NCBI GenBank assembly: GCA_040005235.1
Contig: JBDTZG010000035.1
Location: 1 to 55,311 of the forward strand
Source: Acidobacteriota bacterium
Lineage (GTDB): Bacteria > Acidobacteriota > Thermoanaerobaculia > Multivoradales > UBA5704
Length of the DNA: 55,311 nt
Direction of reading: 5' to 3'
A program made the position numbers and the translations under genes. Below the pieces are notes generated by a model, which was not told the origin of the DNA, did no database searches, and was given only the letters and a program-made list of their open reading frames with translations. Shown here one piece after another: positions 16,540 through 27,219 of the stretch; the first letter of the stretch is position 1; every line of letters begins with the position of its first letter.

Positions 16540-19449
16540 TTAGAAGTCGTAGCGGGCCGCGAGCTGAAGCGTGCGGGGGGTGCCGCCGCCGTTCCTCTGT
16601 CCGAAGGTTGCGTTCGGGGTTTGGCCGGTGCCCCAGACGGTGTTGACCACCGCGCGGTTCTCGGCGTTCGAGCAGTTGAAGCACTCGGCGAAGATCGAGA
16701 TGCTACCCGGTCCGAGCTTGAAGTCCTTGGCGACCCGCAAGTCGAGCGAGGTGAACTTGGGCTGGCGGAAGCTGTTGCGCTCGAAGTGAACGCCGTTCAC
16801 TGTCGGTCGGTCCGTGGTGCTCTCGCCGTCGTTGTTCTGGTCGGAGTTGACGGTCGCGTTGTAGGGCGAACCGGTGCTGTAGCGAAACGCGCCGGAGAGG
16901 CTGATGCCCCACCATGGGCTCTGCCACAAGCCATTGACGACACCCTTCCAGCGCTGGTCGCGGTTCGAGTAGGCGTAGTTCAGATCGAGGTTGTTGTAGT
17001 CCTCGGCCTGGAGGCCGGCAAAGTTCCGCTCGTTGGAGTCGTTGTCCTTGTCCTTCGAGTAGGTGAGCGCCGCGTAGTAGCTGAAGTTGTTCGCCAGGCG
17101 GCGACGGATGGTGGCGGTCAAAGCGGTGTACTTCGACTTACCGTCGGAGACACTGGTGGTGATTCGGCCGTAGAACGGGAACGGGAACACGGTCGAGCTG
17201 TACTTCGGCAGGCCGTTGGTGCCGACCGTGCCGTCGTACTGGCGGTTGATGTCCTTGAGGCGCTGAAGCTGCTTCGTCTCGGCGTAGGTGAAATCGAGGC
17301 CGGCAGAGGTGAGCGGCAGGATTTCGCGCTCCGCACCGAGCGTGATGCGGTCGGTGTAGGGGTTCTCGAAGTTCGAGTCGATGATGAACACGCCCGGCTT
17401 GCTGGGATTCGGCACGCGGGTGAAGTCGATGCGCTCGACCCCGACCGGGTTGAAGTTGTTGCCCCAGCCCGGCGACAGCGGATCGGTCGGCTGGAGGATG
17501 TTGTTGCCATTGCGCGGCGCCGAGATGATGTACTGGGTGCCGACGATGCCGTTGCTGGTGTAGAGCTGGGCCAGCAGGATGGCCGGGGTGCGGCTCCAGA
17601 AGCGGCCGGCCGAGAAGCGCACGGCGGTTTTCGTATCCGGTGCCCAGGAGATGCCGATGCGGGGCGAAAGCTGATCGGTAAGGCTCGCGTCCGGCACCGA
17701 ACGGGTCTGGCGGAACGAGCCGTTGGCGTTACGGTCATTCGGGTTCAGGGTCTTGGCGTTCGGGTTGTCCTGCGTCTCGGCGCGAATGCCGGCCGAGAGG
17801 GTCAGGCGGCTCGAAAGGAACCACTGGTCCTGCAGGAAGAGAGCGGTCTCTTTCTGGCCGAACGCGGCCCGGCCCGCCTGCGAAGAAGTGCGGCCGCCGA
17901 GACCGCCGAACTGGCGATACTGCGACCAACGGCCGGCGATCAGGTCCGCCTCGTTGTTGAAGACGTAGACGCCGCGCCAGTTGCCGCGGAAGACCTGGTC
18001 GATCGAGGTGTCGTTGTACTCGCCGCCGGCCTTGAACACGTGGTCGCCGTGCATCAAAGTAACCGTGTCGCCGAACGCCTTGCGCTCGGTGGTCGAGGTG
18101 ATCGGCAGGAACGACACTTCGCCGTACCGCGCGCTGCCGAGCTGGATCTCAGGTAGGCCCAGCCCCTTGTCCTGGCGCGGGGTGTCTTCGGTAATGTAGT
18201 TGACGTTCAGATCGTTCAACAGGTTCGAGCCGAATTGGCCGGACCAGGAGCCGACGTACGACTTCGAATCGAGACCCTCGACGCCGTTGTAGCTCTCGGT
18301 GCGGGTCGCCGAGTTCGAGGTGCCGTTCACGCCGTTGTACTTGGTCTTGTTGGCGCGGAACAGGAAGCGCTGCTGGGCGTTGGCCTGGTAGTCGACTCGG
18401 CCGAACAGAACGTCGCCGTCCTGAGTCTGGACGTACGACGAGGGCGAGGCGAGCACCGGGTACTTGGCGAAGATCGCTGGGCTGAGCACGAACGGCGCGA
18501 TCGGCTCGGTCTCGGTCTTCTTCTGCTTGTCGTAAGAGGCGAAGAAGAACAGCTTGTCCGTGACGATCGGGCCGCCGATCGAACCGCCGTACTGCTTCTT
18601 GCTTTGGTCCTTCGGCTTGGTGCCGTCGGCGAAGTCCGCGATCTGGCTCTGCGGCTGGTCATAGTAGAAGGCCGAGCCGTGGAATTTGTTCGTGCCGCTC
18701 TTGGTGATGACGTTGACGAAACCGCCGCCCGAGCGCCCGAACTCGACCGAGGCACCGTTGGTGATGACGGTGAATTCCTTGATCGATTCCTGCGAAATGG
18801 CGAGCGGCGCGCGGTCCTCGGCACTACCCACCGTGCCGCCGAAGAAGGCGTTGTTGTAATCGACGCCGTCGACCGTGACGTTGGTGTTGATGCCGCGCTG
18901 GCCCGAGAGCGAAAGGTTGCCGCGCTCGGAGTCCTTGCGGGATTCAGGGGTGAGCAGGACCAGGCTGCGGAACTCGCGGCCGTTGATCGGGATCTGCTTG
19001 ATCTGCTCGGCCTGGATGGTCGTGCCGTGGGTCGTGTTGGTGACCTCGACGACCGGCGCCTCGCTGGTAACGGTGATCGAATCGGTCACCGTTCCCGGGG
19101 CGAGCGTGAAGTTGAGCGTCGGCGCCTCGCCGAGCAGCAGGCGGATTTCGCGGTTCGCCGGGCCGAAGCCGTCGAGCGTCGCGGTGATCGAATACAGCCC
19201 CGTCGGCAGGTTGAAGATGCGGTAGCCACCCTCATCATTGGTGATCGCCACGATCTGGAGACCCGTCTCCTGGTTCTTGGCTTCCACGGTGACGCCCGGA
19301 AGGGCGGCGCCGTCGGAGCCGGTAACGGTACCGGCGATCCGGCTGGTGGTGACGTCGGTCTGGGCGAAGGCGGCCGTCGCAAACCCTGAGAGCAACAGCA
19401 GGCTCGCCAGTGCGAACGTCCATCGGGTAAAGGTTTGACCTCGATGCAC
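16540..19449 (-). CDS. TonB-dependent outer-membrane receptor (Oar-like, N-terminal carboxypeptidase-regulatory-like domain)
   Basis: AAGGAGG RBS before GTG; signal peptide; G.V....GAALPGVTV; plug motif SVEFGRSGGGFVNVITKSGTN; C-terminal aromatic residue (RYDF). Confidence 0.92.
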   Translation of the reverse strand: MHRGQTFTRWTFALASLLLLSGFATAAFAQTDVTTSRIAGTVTGSDGAALPGVTVEAKNQETGLQIVAITNDEGGYRIFNLPTGLYSITATLDGFGPANREIRLLLGEAPTLNFTLAPGTVTDSITVTSEAPVVEVTNTTHGTTIQAEQIKQIPINGREFRSLVLLTPESRKDSERGNLSLSGQRGINTNVTVDGVDYNNAFFGGTVGSAEDRAPLAISQESIKEFTVITNGASVEFGRSGGGFVNVITKSGTNKFHGSAFYYDQPQSQIADFADGTKPKDQSKKQYGGSIGGPIVTDKLFFFASYDKQKKTETEPIAPFVLSPAIFAKYPVLASPSSYVQTQDGDVLFGRVDYQANAQQRFLFRANKTKYNGVNGTSNSATRTESYNGVEGLDSKSYVGSWSGQFGSNLLNDLNVNYITEDTPRQDKGLGLPEIQLGSARYGEVSFLPITSTTERKAFGDTVTLMHGDHVFKAGGEYNDTSIDQVFRGNWRGVYVFNNEADLIAGRWSQYRQFGGLGGRTSSQAGRAAFGQKETALFLQDQWFLSSRLTLSAGIRAETQDNPNAKTLNPNDRNANGSFRQTRSVPDASLTDQLSPRIGISWAPDTKTAVRFSAGRFWSRTPAILLAQLYTSNGIVGTQYIISAPRNGNNILQPTDPLSPGWGNNFNPVGVERIDFTRVPNPSKPGVFIIDSNFENPYTDRITLGAEREILPLTSAGLDFTYAETKQLQRLKDINRQYDGTVGTNGLPKYSSTVFPFPFYGRITTSVSDGKSKYTALTATIRRRLANNFSYYAALTYSKDKDNDSNERNFAGLQAEDYNNLDLNYAYSNRDQRWKGVVNGLWQSPWWGISLSGAFRYSTGSPYNATVNSDQNNDGESTTDRPTVNGVHFERNSFRQPKFTSLDLRVAKDFKLGPGSISIFAECFNCSNAENRAVVNTVWGTGQTPNATFGQRNGGGTPRTLQLAARYDF

Positions 19450-19773
19450 GATGATTCCTCCTTGGTTCATGTCAGTTGGGTTCAATGCGAACGACTCAAT
19501 GGTTGAATTTCGGGCTCAATTTTAGAGGCCGGAGCAAGATCGGGCTGTGCCGTATCGCCGGCTATGCCGTGACGAAGGGGCGACGGCTGGCGGCTGTTGG
19601 AGCCATGGGGCGCCGTGGTAGGCTCCTCCCTCGCACCGCTCGACCGAGCATCTCGACCTCGGGTTCTCTGCAACTGGTGGCTCTACGACGACGGACTCGT
19701 CACCGGATCGAGTGGATGTCTCGGACGCCGAAGCGACCCTCTAACCTGTACCCTGTCCGGCTGAGCACCTAGA

Positions 19774-20268
19774 ATGATACTCCAAGACCGGCCATTGGTG
19801 AGCGTCGTCATGGGCAGTCGCTCCGATTGGGAGACGATGCGCCGCGCCGCCGAGACATTGGAGCGTTTCGGAGTGCCCCACGAGAGGCGAATCGTCTCGG
19901 CCCACCGGACGCCGGAGCTACTGCGCGAATTTGCGCGCGGCGCGCGAGGCAAGGGGATCGAGGCGATCATCGCCGGGGCGGGAGGCGCCGCCCATCTGCC
20001 CGGAATGATCGCCGCCTGGACCCTTCTTCCGGTGTTCGGCGTGCCCGTCCAGACTCGTAGCCTCAACGGTTTGGATTCCCTGCTGTCGATCGTCCAAATG
20101 CCCGCCGGAGTGCCGGTCGGCACCCTCGCGATCGGCGAGGCGGGGGCCACCAACGCCGCCCTGCTCGCCATCCGCTGCCTCGCAGTCTCCCGTCCCGACC
20201 TTGCCGAGAAGCTCGCCGCGTTCGCGGCCGAGCAGGAACGCAAGGTTCTCGACGACTCGCTGGACTAG
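19774..20268 (+). CDS. purE: N5-CAIR mutase
   Basis: [36 protein letters not shown]. Confidence 0.97.
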   Translation: MILQDRPLVSVVMGSRSDWETMRRAAETLERFGVPHERRIVSAHRTPELLREFARGARGKGIEAIIAGAGGAAHLPGMIAAWTLLPVFGVPVQTRSLNGLDSLLSIVQMPAGVPVGTLAIGEAGATNAALLAIRCLAVSRPDLAEKLAAFAAEQERKVLDDSLD

Positions 20269-20294
20269 AGCGGCCCGGGACCCAACCGCACGGC

Positions 20295-21455
20295 ATGGCG
20301 ATCCTTCCCGGTTCGACGATCGGCGTCCTCGGCAGCGGCCAGCTGGGGCGTATGTTCGCGATCGCCGCGCGCAAGATGGGCTATCGGGTCCACACTCTCT
20401 CGCCCGATCGAGACACCCCGACCGGCCAGGTGGCGGACGTCGAAATCGTCGCGCCTTACGAAGACCTGGACGCCGTGCGCTCCTTCGCCCGCGACGTCGC
20501 GGCGGTGACGTTCGAATTCGAGAACGTGCCGGCGGCGACCGCCGCCGCCGCGACCGAATTCGCGCCGGTCCGGCCCTCGGGCGCGGTCCTCAACGTGACG
20601 CAGAACCGCCTGAGGGAAAAGGGGTTCCTGGCCCGCCACGGCTTCCCGGTCGCCCCGTTCGCGGCCGTGCGCTCCCCGGCGGATCTGACCGACGCGTTGG
20701 CTTCGATCGGCTGCCCCGCGGTGCTCAAAACCGCCGGCTGGGGTTACGACGGCAAAGGGCAGGTGGTGATTCGGTCTTTAGGAGAAGCGCCCGCGGCCTG
20801 GGGCGCGCTCGGATTCGGAGAAGCCGGCGAGGCGATCCTGGAGGCGTTCGTCGACTTTTCGCTTGAACTTTCGGTCGTCGCGGCGCGCGGCGAGGATGGC
20901 GGCTTCGCGAGCTGGGGAGCGCTTGAAAATCACCACGCCCGCCACATTCTCGATCTGACGGTCGCCCCGGCCCGGGTGCCCGCCGAGACGGCCGCCCGGG
21001 CGATCGAGCTGGCGCGCGAGATCCTCGAAGCCCTCGACGTCGTGGGGGTCCTCTGCGTCGAGCTGTTCCTCGCCCGCGACGGCCGGCTGCTGGTCAATGA
21101 GCTGGCACCCCGGCCGCACAACTCGGGCCATTTGACGTTCGACGCCGCGGTGACCAGCCAGTTCGAGCAACAACTGCGGGCGGTGTGCGGCCTACCCCTC
21201 GGATCGACCGAGCTCTACCGGCCGGCGGCGATGGCGAACCTGCTCGGCGACCTTTGGGCCAATGGCGAGCCCGACTGGACGGCGGCGCTCTCGGTCCGAG
21301 AGGTCAAGCTTCACTTGTACGGTAAGGTCGAGGCGCGGCCCGGACGTAAGATGGGGCACCTCACGGCGCTCGCAGGGACGGCCGACGAAGCGGTGGCGCT
21401 CGTCTTGGCGGCGCGTTCGGCGCTCGGAGGAAAACCGGCAGGAGGATCGCGATGA
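20295..21455 (+). CDS. purK: N5-CAIR synthase
   Basis: GSGQLGRM, TFEFENV, GYDGKGQ, NELAPRPHNSGH, RKMGH; follows purE. Confidence 0.97.
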   Translation: MAILPGSTIGVLGSGQLGRMFAIAARKMGYRVHTLSPDRDTPTGQVADVEIVAPYEDLDAVRSFARDVAAVTFEFENVPAATAAAATEFAPVRPSGAVLNVTQNRLREKGFLARHGFPVAPFAAVRSPADLTDALASIGCPAVLKTAGWGYDGKGQVVIRSLGEAPAAWGALGFGEAGEAILEAFVDFSLELSVVAARGEDGGFASWGALENHHARHILDLTVAPARVPAETAARAIELAREILEALDVVGVLCVELFLARDGRLLVNELAPRPHNSGHLTFDAAVTSQFEQQLRAVCGLPLGSTELYRPAAMANLLGDLWANGEPDWTAALSVREVKLHLYGKVEARPGRKMGHLTALAGTADEAVALVLAARSALGGKPAGGSR

Positions 21456-22516
21456 GCCAGCTGCTGATCTATGGCGCCAACGGCTACACCGGCGAGCTGG
21501 CGGCTCGCGAGGCGGTCGCGCGCGGCCTTTCGCCGATTTTGGCCGGCCGGAAACGTGAGGCGCTCTTGGCGCTCGGCACCGAGCTGGGGCTCACCGTAAG
21601 GGTGTTCGATCTCGCCGATCCCGCTTCGGTCCGCCGCGGCCTCGACGGGGTTTCCGCCGTTCTCCACTGCGCCGGGCCGTTCGTGCTCACCAGCCGGCCG
21701 ATGGTCCAGGCTTGTCTGGAAGCGGGCTGCCATTACCTCGACATCACGGGCGAGATCCGAGTGTTCGAAGGGGTCTTTGCCCAGCACGCGAAAGCCGAGG
21801 GGGCGGGAGTCGTGCTGCTCCCCGGCGTCGGATTCGACGTCGTGCCGTCGGATTCCCTGGCGTTGCGGCTCGCGGAAGCGCTTCCCGGGGCCACCTCTCT
21901 CACTTTGGCGTTCGCCAGCGCGGGCGGTTCGGCGAGCCGCGGCACGCTCAAGACGATGATCGAGAGCTTTCCCGAAGCCGGGGCGATCCGTCGCGACGGC
22001 AAACTGATGGCGGTGCCGCTAGCCTGGGACGTTCGCGAGATCGATTTCGGCGGCCGGCTCGGCCGGCGCACCTGCGTCACCATCCCCTGGGGCGACCTGT
22101 CGACCGCTTGGCGCTCGACCGGCATCCCCAACCTGAGGGTCTACACCGGGATGCCGCCGAGCGCGATCCGGCGGTTGCGCTGGGTGAATCCCCTCCTGCC
22201 GGTCGCCGGCTGGAGTCCGGTCAAACGGTTCCTGCAACGCAGGGTCAACCGGATGGCGATCGGGCCGAGCGCCGAGGCGCGGGCCACCGCCCGCACGTAT
22301 CTATGGGGGGAGATCGAAGGCGAAGGCGGGCGCCGCACCGCCACCCTCGAAACTCCCGAGGCCTACGCCTTCACTGCGGTCTCCGCCATCGCCTGCGCCC
22401 GAAAAGTTCTCGCGGGAGAGGTGAAGCCGGGAGCCTGGACGGCGGCCCAGGCGTTCGGTAGCCGTTTCGTCGATGGCCTGCCGGGAGTTACGGCCGGCCC
22501 GATCGTCAGGGCTTGA
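21452..22516 (+). CDS. saccharopine dehydrogenase-like NAD(P)-binding oxidoreductase
   Basis: IYGANGYTG, CAGPF, HYLDITGE, GFDVVPSD. Confidence 0.88.
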   Translation: MSQLLIYGANGYTGELAAREAVARGLSPILAGRKREALLALGTELGLTVRVFDLADPASVRRGLDGVSAVLHCAGPFVLTSRPMVQACLEAGCHYLDITGEIRVFEGVFAQHAKAEGAGVVLLPGVGFDVVPSDSLALRLAEALPGATSLTLAFASAGGSASRGTLKTMIESFPEAGAIRRDGKLMAVPLAWDVREIDFGGRLGRRTCVTIPWGDLSTAWRSTGIPNLRVYTGMPPSAIRRLRWVNPLLPVAGWSPVKRFLQRRVNRMAIGPSAEARATARTYLWGEIEGEGGRRTATLETPEAYAFTAVSAIACARKVLAGEVKPGAWTAAQAFGSRFVDGLPGVTAGPIVRA

Positions 22517-22520
22517 GACC

Positions 22521-23831
22521 TCAACTCGCCGGCTTGATCAGGTTTCCGTAGCGCAGGGGCTCGCCTTTTTCCCAGGGCCGGTACTCGTTGCAGAAGTCGA
22601 TCCGGTCGCCCAGCGTCGGGTGCGAGGAGTTCCAGAGCTTGTACAGCAACCCCGGCCGCGGATTGGCCAGGTTCTGCTCCTGCAGCTTGACGAACGCGGT
22701 GGCGGCGGCGTGATTGTCGCGCGTGATTTCGAGCCCGAAGACGTCCGCCTGGTGCTCGACCTCGCGGCCGATGGCCAGAATCGCGGGGGTCAGAACGAAG
22801 GCCACTACGCTGAACAGTAGGACGATCAAGGGCCACGACGCCACGTCGGACAGCTCGTGGAAGCCGAACCGGTCTCCCCAACGCGCGATCATTCCCCGCG
22901 CCAGGCGATGAATCGAGAAAAGGCCGATCAGGATCAACAGGAAGCCGAGGCCGACCTGGAGCATCACGTGGCCCAGGACGTAATGGCCCATCTCGTGGCC
23001 CATGACGAACATCAGCTCGCGCTCGTTGAGCCGCTTGATGATCGTGTCCCAGAGCACCACCCGCTTGGTACCCCCGAGGCCCGCGACGTAGGCGTTGACC
23101 TTTTCGGTGTCGACGCTCTTGTCGACCTCAAAGACTCGGCTCCCTTCGATCCCAGCCCGGTCGGCGAGCGCGAGGATCTTTGCTTCGAGCGCCTTGTCCT
23201 TCATCGGGCCGAATTTGTTGAACAGCGGGTCGAGCCAGATCGGCGAGATCACCAACAGCAGGGTGAGCAACGGGATCGAAGCGAGGGAGGTCCACAGCCA
23301 CCAGCGGCGAGGGCTCTTCTTGAGCAGCAGATAGGGAAGCCACAGCACCGCCGCGCTGCCGATAACGCCCACCAAAAGACCTTTGGCAGCGTCGCTCCAC
23401 CACTTGGCCGCGGTTTGGTTGGATAGTCCGTAGGCGTGCTCGCGAACGAAATCCGTGAAATAGGAAAGAGGCAGGTCAATCACGAACGTGAGAACCGTAA
23501 ACAGCGCGAAGTAGATCGCGACGGTCGGAAACCAGCGCTTCCCGGCCCCTTGAGCGAACGTCCGGATCCGGGCGGAAAACCCCGTGAAAAGGAGCAGGGC
23601 AGGAATCGCAAAGCCCCAGAACAACTCGACCCACCAGATCACGATGCCGCTGTCGTAGTAGCGCATTGCCTTTTCGCTCGGAACCGGGACCGCCACCGGT
23701 CCGGAGTCGTTCGCCGCGGCGACCGGCGGCGAAACTTCCGCGGCGTCCGAAGGCGCCGTTTGAGCGAGAGCAGGTAAGGACAGCGCGACGAACAGCAGGC
23801 CGATCAAGGCAGCGAAGGTTCGGGCGTTCAT
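22521..23831 (-). CDS. M48 family (Ste24-like) membrane metalloprotease
   Basis: NAYVAG, HEMGH, E..AD, SHP...RI; several TM helices; GGAGGA RBS. Confidence 0.92.
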   Translation of the reverse strand: MNARTFAALIGLLFVALSLPALAQTAPSDAAEVSPPVAAANDSGPVAVPVPSEKAMRYYDSGIVIWWVELFWGFAIPALLLFTGFSARIRTFAQGAGKRWFPTVAIYFALFTVLTFVIDLPLSYFTDFVREHAYGLSNQTAAKWWSDAAKGLLVGVIGSAAVLWLPYLLLKKSPRRWWLWTSLASIPLLTLLLVISPIWLDPLFNKFGPMKDKALEAKILALADRAGIEGSRVFEVDKSVDTEKVNAYVAGLGGTKRVVLWDTIIKRLNERELMFVMGHEMGHYVLGHVMLQVGLGFLLILIGLFSIHRLARGMIARWGDRFGFHELSDVASWPLIVLLFSVVAFVLTPAILAIGREVEHQADVFGLEITRDNHAAATAFVKLQEQNLANPRPGLLYKLWNSSHPTLGDRIDFCNEYRPWEKGEPLRYGNLIKPAS

Positions 23832-23953
23832 GGTTCCTCCTGGATGAAGTGCGCGGAGAGAATACGCGGAAAAGGCGGCGGAGCTTATCCCCAGCGAGCC
23901 GGCCCCGGGTTTCCGGGATTCCAAGGTGAAATTCCAAGATAAGATCCGGCCCT

Positions 23954-25513
23954 ATGACCGACACCCGGGCAAAGCAGATCACCGAGCTCAAAGAGCGCCT
24001 CGCCGCAGCCGAGGCGGGGGGCGGCCCGGAGCGCATCGCGCGCCAGCACAAAGAAGGCAAGCTCACCGCCCGCGAGCGGGTGGAGCTGTTGCTCGACCCG
24101 GGCTCGTTCGTCGAGCTCGACGCCTTGGTCGCCCACCGCTGCGTCGACTTCGGCATGGAGAAGATCAAATTCCCCGGCGACGGCGTGGTCTCGGGCTACG
24201 GCACGGTCGAGGGGCGCCTGGTCTACGTCTTCGCTCAGGATTTCACCGTCTTCGGCGGCTCTCTATCCGAGACGAACGCCCAGAAGATCTGCAAGGTGAT
24301 GGATCTGGCGGTCGAAAACGGCGCTCCGGTGATCGGCCTCAACGATTCCGGCGGCGCGCGGATTCAAGAGGGGGTGGCTTCGCTGGGCGGCTATGCCGAC
24401 ATCTTCCTGAGGAACACCCTCGCCTCCGGTGTCGTGCCGCAGATCTCGGCGATCCTGGGCCCTTGCGCGGGCGGGGCGGTCTACTCTCCGGCGATCACCG
24501 ATTTCATCTTCATGGTCGAGGGGACGAGCTACATGTTCGTCACCGGGCCGGACGTGATCCGCACGGTCACTCACGAAGAGGTGACCAAAGAGGCGTTGGG
24601 AGGGGCCACCACCCACAGCGCCAAGAGCGGCGTCTGCCATTTCGTCCGCGGCAACGACGCGGCGTGCCTCGCCGGCATCCGCGAGCTGCTCTCCTATCTG
24701 CCGAGCAACAACCTCGACGATCCGCCGCCGGCTTCTTCGGAAGACGACCCGTTCCGAGCCTCCGAGGCGCTCGACACGCTGGTCCCGGCCGACCCGAACA
24801 AACCGTACGACATCAAACAGCTGATCGCCCAGGTGGTCGACGACGGCAAGTTCCTCGAAGTCCACGCCGATTTCGCGAAGAACCTGGTGGTCGGGTTCGC
24901 CCGCTTCGCCAACCAGTCGGTCGGCATCGTCGCCAACCAGCCGCAGTTCCTGGCCGGCGTGCTCGACATCGATGCCTCGCTTAAAGGTGCCCGCTTCGTA
25001 CGCTTCTGCGATGCCTTCAACATCCCGCTCGTCACGTTCGAGGACGTACCCGGTTTTCTCCCCGGCACCCAGCAGGAATTCGGCGGCATCATCAAGCATG
25101 GTGCCAAGCTCCTTTACGCGTTTGCCGAGGCGACCGTGCCGAAGATCACGATCATTACGCGCAAGTCCTACGGCGGCGCCTATTGCGTGATGGCGAGCAA
25201 ACATCTGCGCACCGACGTCAACCTCGCCTACCCGACCGCGGAGCTTGCGGTGATGGGGCCGGAGGGTGCCGTCAACATTCTCTATAAGCGCGAGCTGGAC
25301 AAAGCGGGCGAAAACGCCGCCGCGGTGCGCCAGGAGAAGGTGGCCGAGTACCGGGCCAAGTTCTCCAACCCCTACGTCGCGGCCGAGCGAGGCTTTCTGG
25401 ATGCGGTGATCGAGCCGCGCGAAACTCGTGCGCAGATCGTCAAAGCGCTCCGCCAGCTCGCCAGCAAACGCCAGAGCCTGCCGGCCAAAAAGCACGGCAA
25501 CATGCCGCTCTAG
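23954..25513 (+). CDS. pccB: acyl-CoA carboxylase carboxyltransferase beta subunit (PccB-like)
   Basis: [46 protein letters not shown]. Confidence 0.9.
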   Translation: MTDTRAKQITELKERLAAAEAGGGPERIARQHKEGKLTARERVELLLDPGSFVELDALVAHRCVDFGMEKIKFPGDGVVSGYGTVEGRLVYVFAQDFTVFGGSLSETNAQKICKVMDLAVENGAPVIGLNDSGGARIQEGVASLGGYADIFLRNTLASGVVPQISAILGPCAGGAVYSPAITDFIFMVEGTSYMFVTGPDVIRTVTHEEVTKEALGGATTHSAKSGVCHFVRGNDAACLAGIRELLSYLPSNNLDDPPPASSEDDPFRASEALDTLVPADPNKPYDIKQLIAQVVDDGKFLEVHADFAKNLVVGFARFANQSVGIVANQPQFLAGVLDIDASLKGARFVRFCDAFNIPLVTFEDVPGFLPGTQQEFGGIIKHGAKLLYAFAEATVPKITIITRKSYGGAYCVMASKHLRTDVNLAYPTAELAVMGPEGAVNILYKRELDKAGENAAAVRQEKVAEYRAKFSNPYVAAERGFLDAVIEPRETRAQIVKALRQLASKRQSLPAKKHGNMPL

Positions 25514-25632
25514 CTGCCATTTCTTGACAGCTCGCGGGCCCGTGCGACAAGCTGAGAACATTCTTCGGTCGCGGTTTCGTCAATCAGTCACCGCGCGGCC
25601 GGTTCACGTTTCTGGGGATGGCAGGAGGGCTC

Positions 25633-25923
25633 ATGAGAGAGAAGGATCGCGATCTGCGGCGCCGCAGGCAGCGCCGTAACAAGCGCCTGGCGAAGCGTCT
25701 CCACGCGGAAGTTCTGAAGAAGGCCGAGCAGCAGCAGGCTTCCAAGCGCGCGGCGAAGAAAGCATCGGTCGATGCGGCCGCCGCGGCAGAGACCGCCGCC
25801 AGCGAAGAGACCAAGAAGAAGCCGGCGGCCAAGAAGGCTCCCGCGGCGAAGAAAGCTCCTGCCAAGAAGGCGGCGGCCAAGGGTGACGGTGCCGCGGAGC
25901 CCGATTCGGGCAGCGAGGCTTGA
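25633..25923 (+). CDS. small basic protein with Lys/Ala-rich histone-H1-like tail
   Basis: AGGAGG RBS; Arg-rich N-terminus; [22 protein letters not shown]; TGATG coupling to glyA. Confidence 0.75.
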   Translation: MREKDRDLRRRRQRRNKRLAKRLHAEVLKKAEQQQASKRAAKKASVDAAAAAETAASEETKKKPAAKKAPAAKKAPAKKAAAKGDGAAEPDSGSEA

Positions 25924-27176
25924 TGCCAGACTACCGCTCGCTCAAAGCCGTGGATCCTGAGATCTGGCAGTCGATCGCCGACGAGCGGTCGCGCCAGAAC
26001 GATGGTCTGGAGCTGATCGCATCGGAAAATTTCGTCAGTCGCGCCGTGCTCGAAGCGGTGGGCAGCGTGATGACGAACAAATACGCCGAGGGCTACCCCG
26101 GCAAGCGCTATTACGGCGGCTGCGAGTTCGTGGACGTTGCGGAACGTCTGGCGATCGAGCGGGCGAAGGAGCTGTTCGGCGCCGAGCACGTCAACGTCCA
26201 ACCGCACAGCGGAACCAGCGCGAACATGGCGGTCTACTTCGCCATGCTCCGCCCAGGCGACAAGCTGATGGGGCTGGACCTAGCCTGCGGCGGACACCTG
26301 ACCCACGGCCATCGGCTCTCCTACTCGGGTCGCGATTTTCAAGTCGCCGCCTACGGCGTCGACAAAGAGACCGAGCGGATCGACTACGACGCGGTTCTCG
26401 CCCTGGCTCTCGCCGAGCGGCCGAAGCTGATCGTGGTCGGCGCCTCGGCCTATAGCCGCACCCTCGATTTCGCCCGATTCCGCGAAATCGCCGACCAGGC
26501 GGGCGCGCTGCTGATGGCCGACATGGCGCACATCGCCGGTCTGGTCGCCACAGGGCTACATCCCTCGCCGGTGCCGCACTGTCACTTCGTTACCTCGACC
26601 ACCCACAAGACGCTCCGCGGACCGCGCGGCGGCCTGGTGATGTGCAAAGAGGAATACGCCAAGGAAATCGACCGGTCGGTCTTTCCGGGCATCCAGGGCG
26701 GTCCGTTGATGCACGTCATCGCGGGGAAGGCCGTGGCGTTCCGCGAAGCGTTGTCGAGCGAGTTCCGCGATTACCAGGGCCAGATCGTCGCGAACGCCAA
26801 GCGGCTTGCTGCCAGGCTGGCCGAAAACGGCCTGCGCATTGTCTCGGGCGGGACCGACAACCATCTCTTCCTGGTCGACGTCGCCGTCGCGGGAACGACG
26901 GGCAAGATCGCCGAAAAAGCGCTCGAAGCGGCGGGAATCACGGTCAACAAGAACACCATCCCGTTCGACCCGCAGCCCCCGATGGTCGCCTCCGGCGTCC
27001 GCATCGGCACCCCGGCGATCACCACCCGGAGCATGAAAGAACCCGAGATGGACCAGGTCGGCGACCTGATCGCCGAGGTGCTCAAGAACGCCGGAGACCC
27101 GGCCGTCCACGATGCCGTCCGAGCCAAAGTGCGCGATTTGTGCGCGCATTTCCCGCTGTATGACCCGTTGATGTAG
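25923..27176 (+). CDS. glyA: serine hydroxymethyltransferase
   Basis: [41 protein letters not shown]. Confidence 0.98.
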   Translation: MPDYRSLKAVDPEIWQSIADERSRQNDGLELIASENFVSRAVLEAVGSVMTNKYAEGYPGKRYYGGCEFVDVAERLAIERAKELFGAEHVNVQPHSGTSANMAVYFAMLRPGDKLMGLDLACGGHLTHGHRLSYSGRDFQVAAYGVDKETERIDYDAVLALALAERPKLIVVGASAYSRTLDFARFREIADQAGALLMADMAHIAGLVATGLHPSPVPHCHFVTSTTHKTLRGPRGGLVMCKEEYAKEIDRSVFPGIQGGPLMHVIAGKAVAFREALSSEFRDYQGQIVANAKRLAARLAENGLRIVSGGTDNHLFLVDVAVAGTTGKIAEKALEAAGITVNKNTIPFDPQPPMVASGVRIGTPAITTRSMKEPEMDQVGDLIAEVLKNAGDPAVHDAVRAKVRDLCAHFPLYDPLM

Positions 27177-27182
27177 GGGTTA

Positions 27183-27210
27183 GGGGTCGCGCCCGAGTGG
27201 TCGCGACCCT
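27183..27210. terminator. hairpin between convergent glyA and folC
   Basis: GGGGTCGCG-N10-CGCGACCCT stem; no clear U-tract. Confidence 0.4.
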
Positions 27211-27219
27211 TGCCGTCCT

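Noticed and set aside
19533-19552. sigma54 promoter for the TonB-dependent receptor (GGCAC...TTGC on the minus strand)
   Set aside because: The GG-to-GC spacing is 14 nt rather than the required 10
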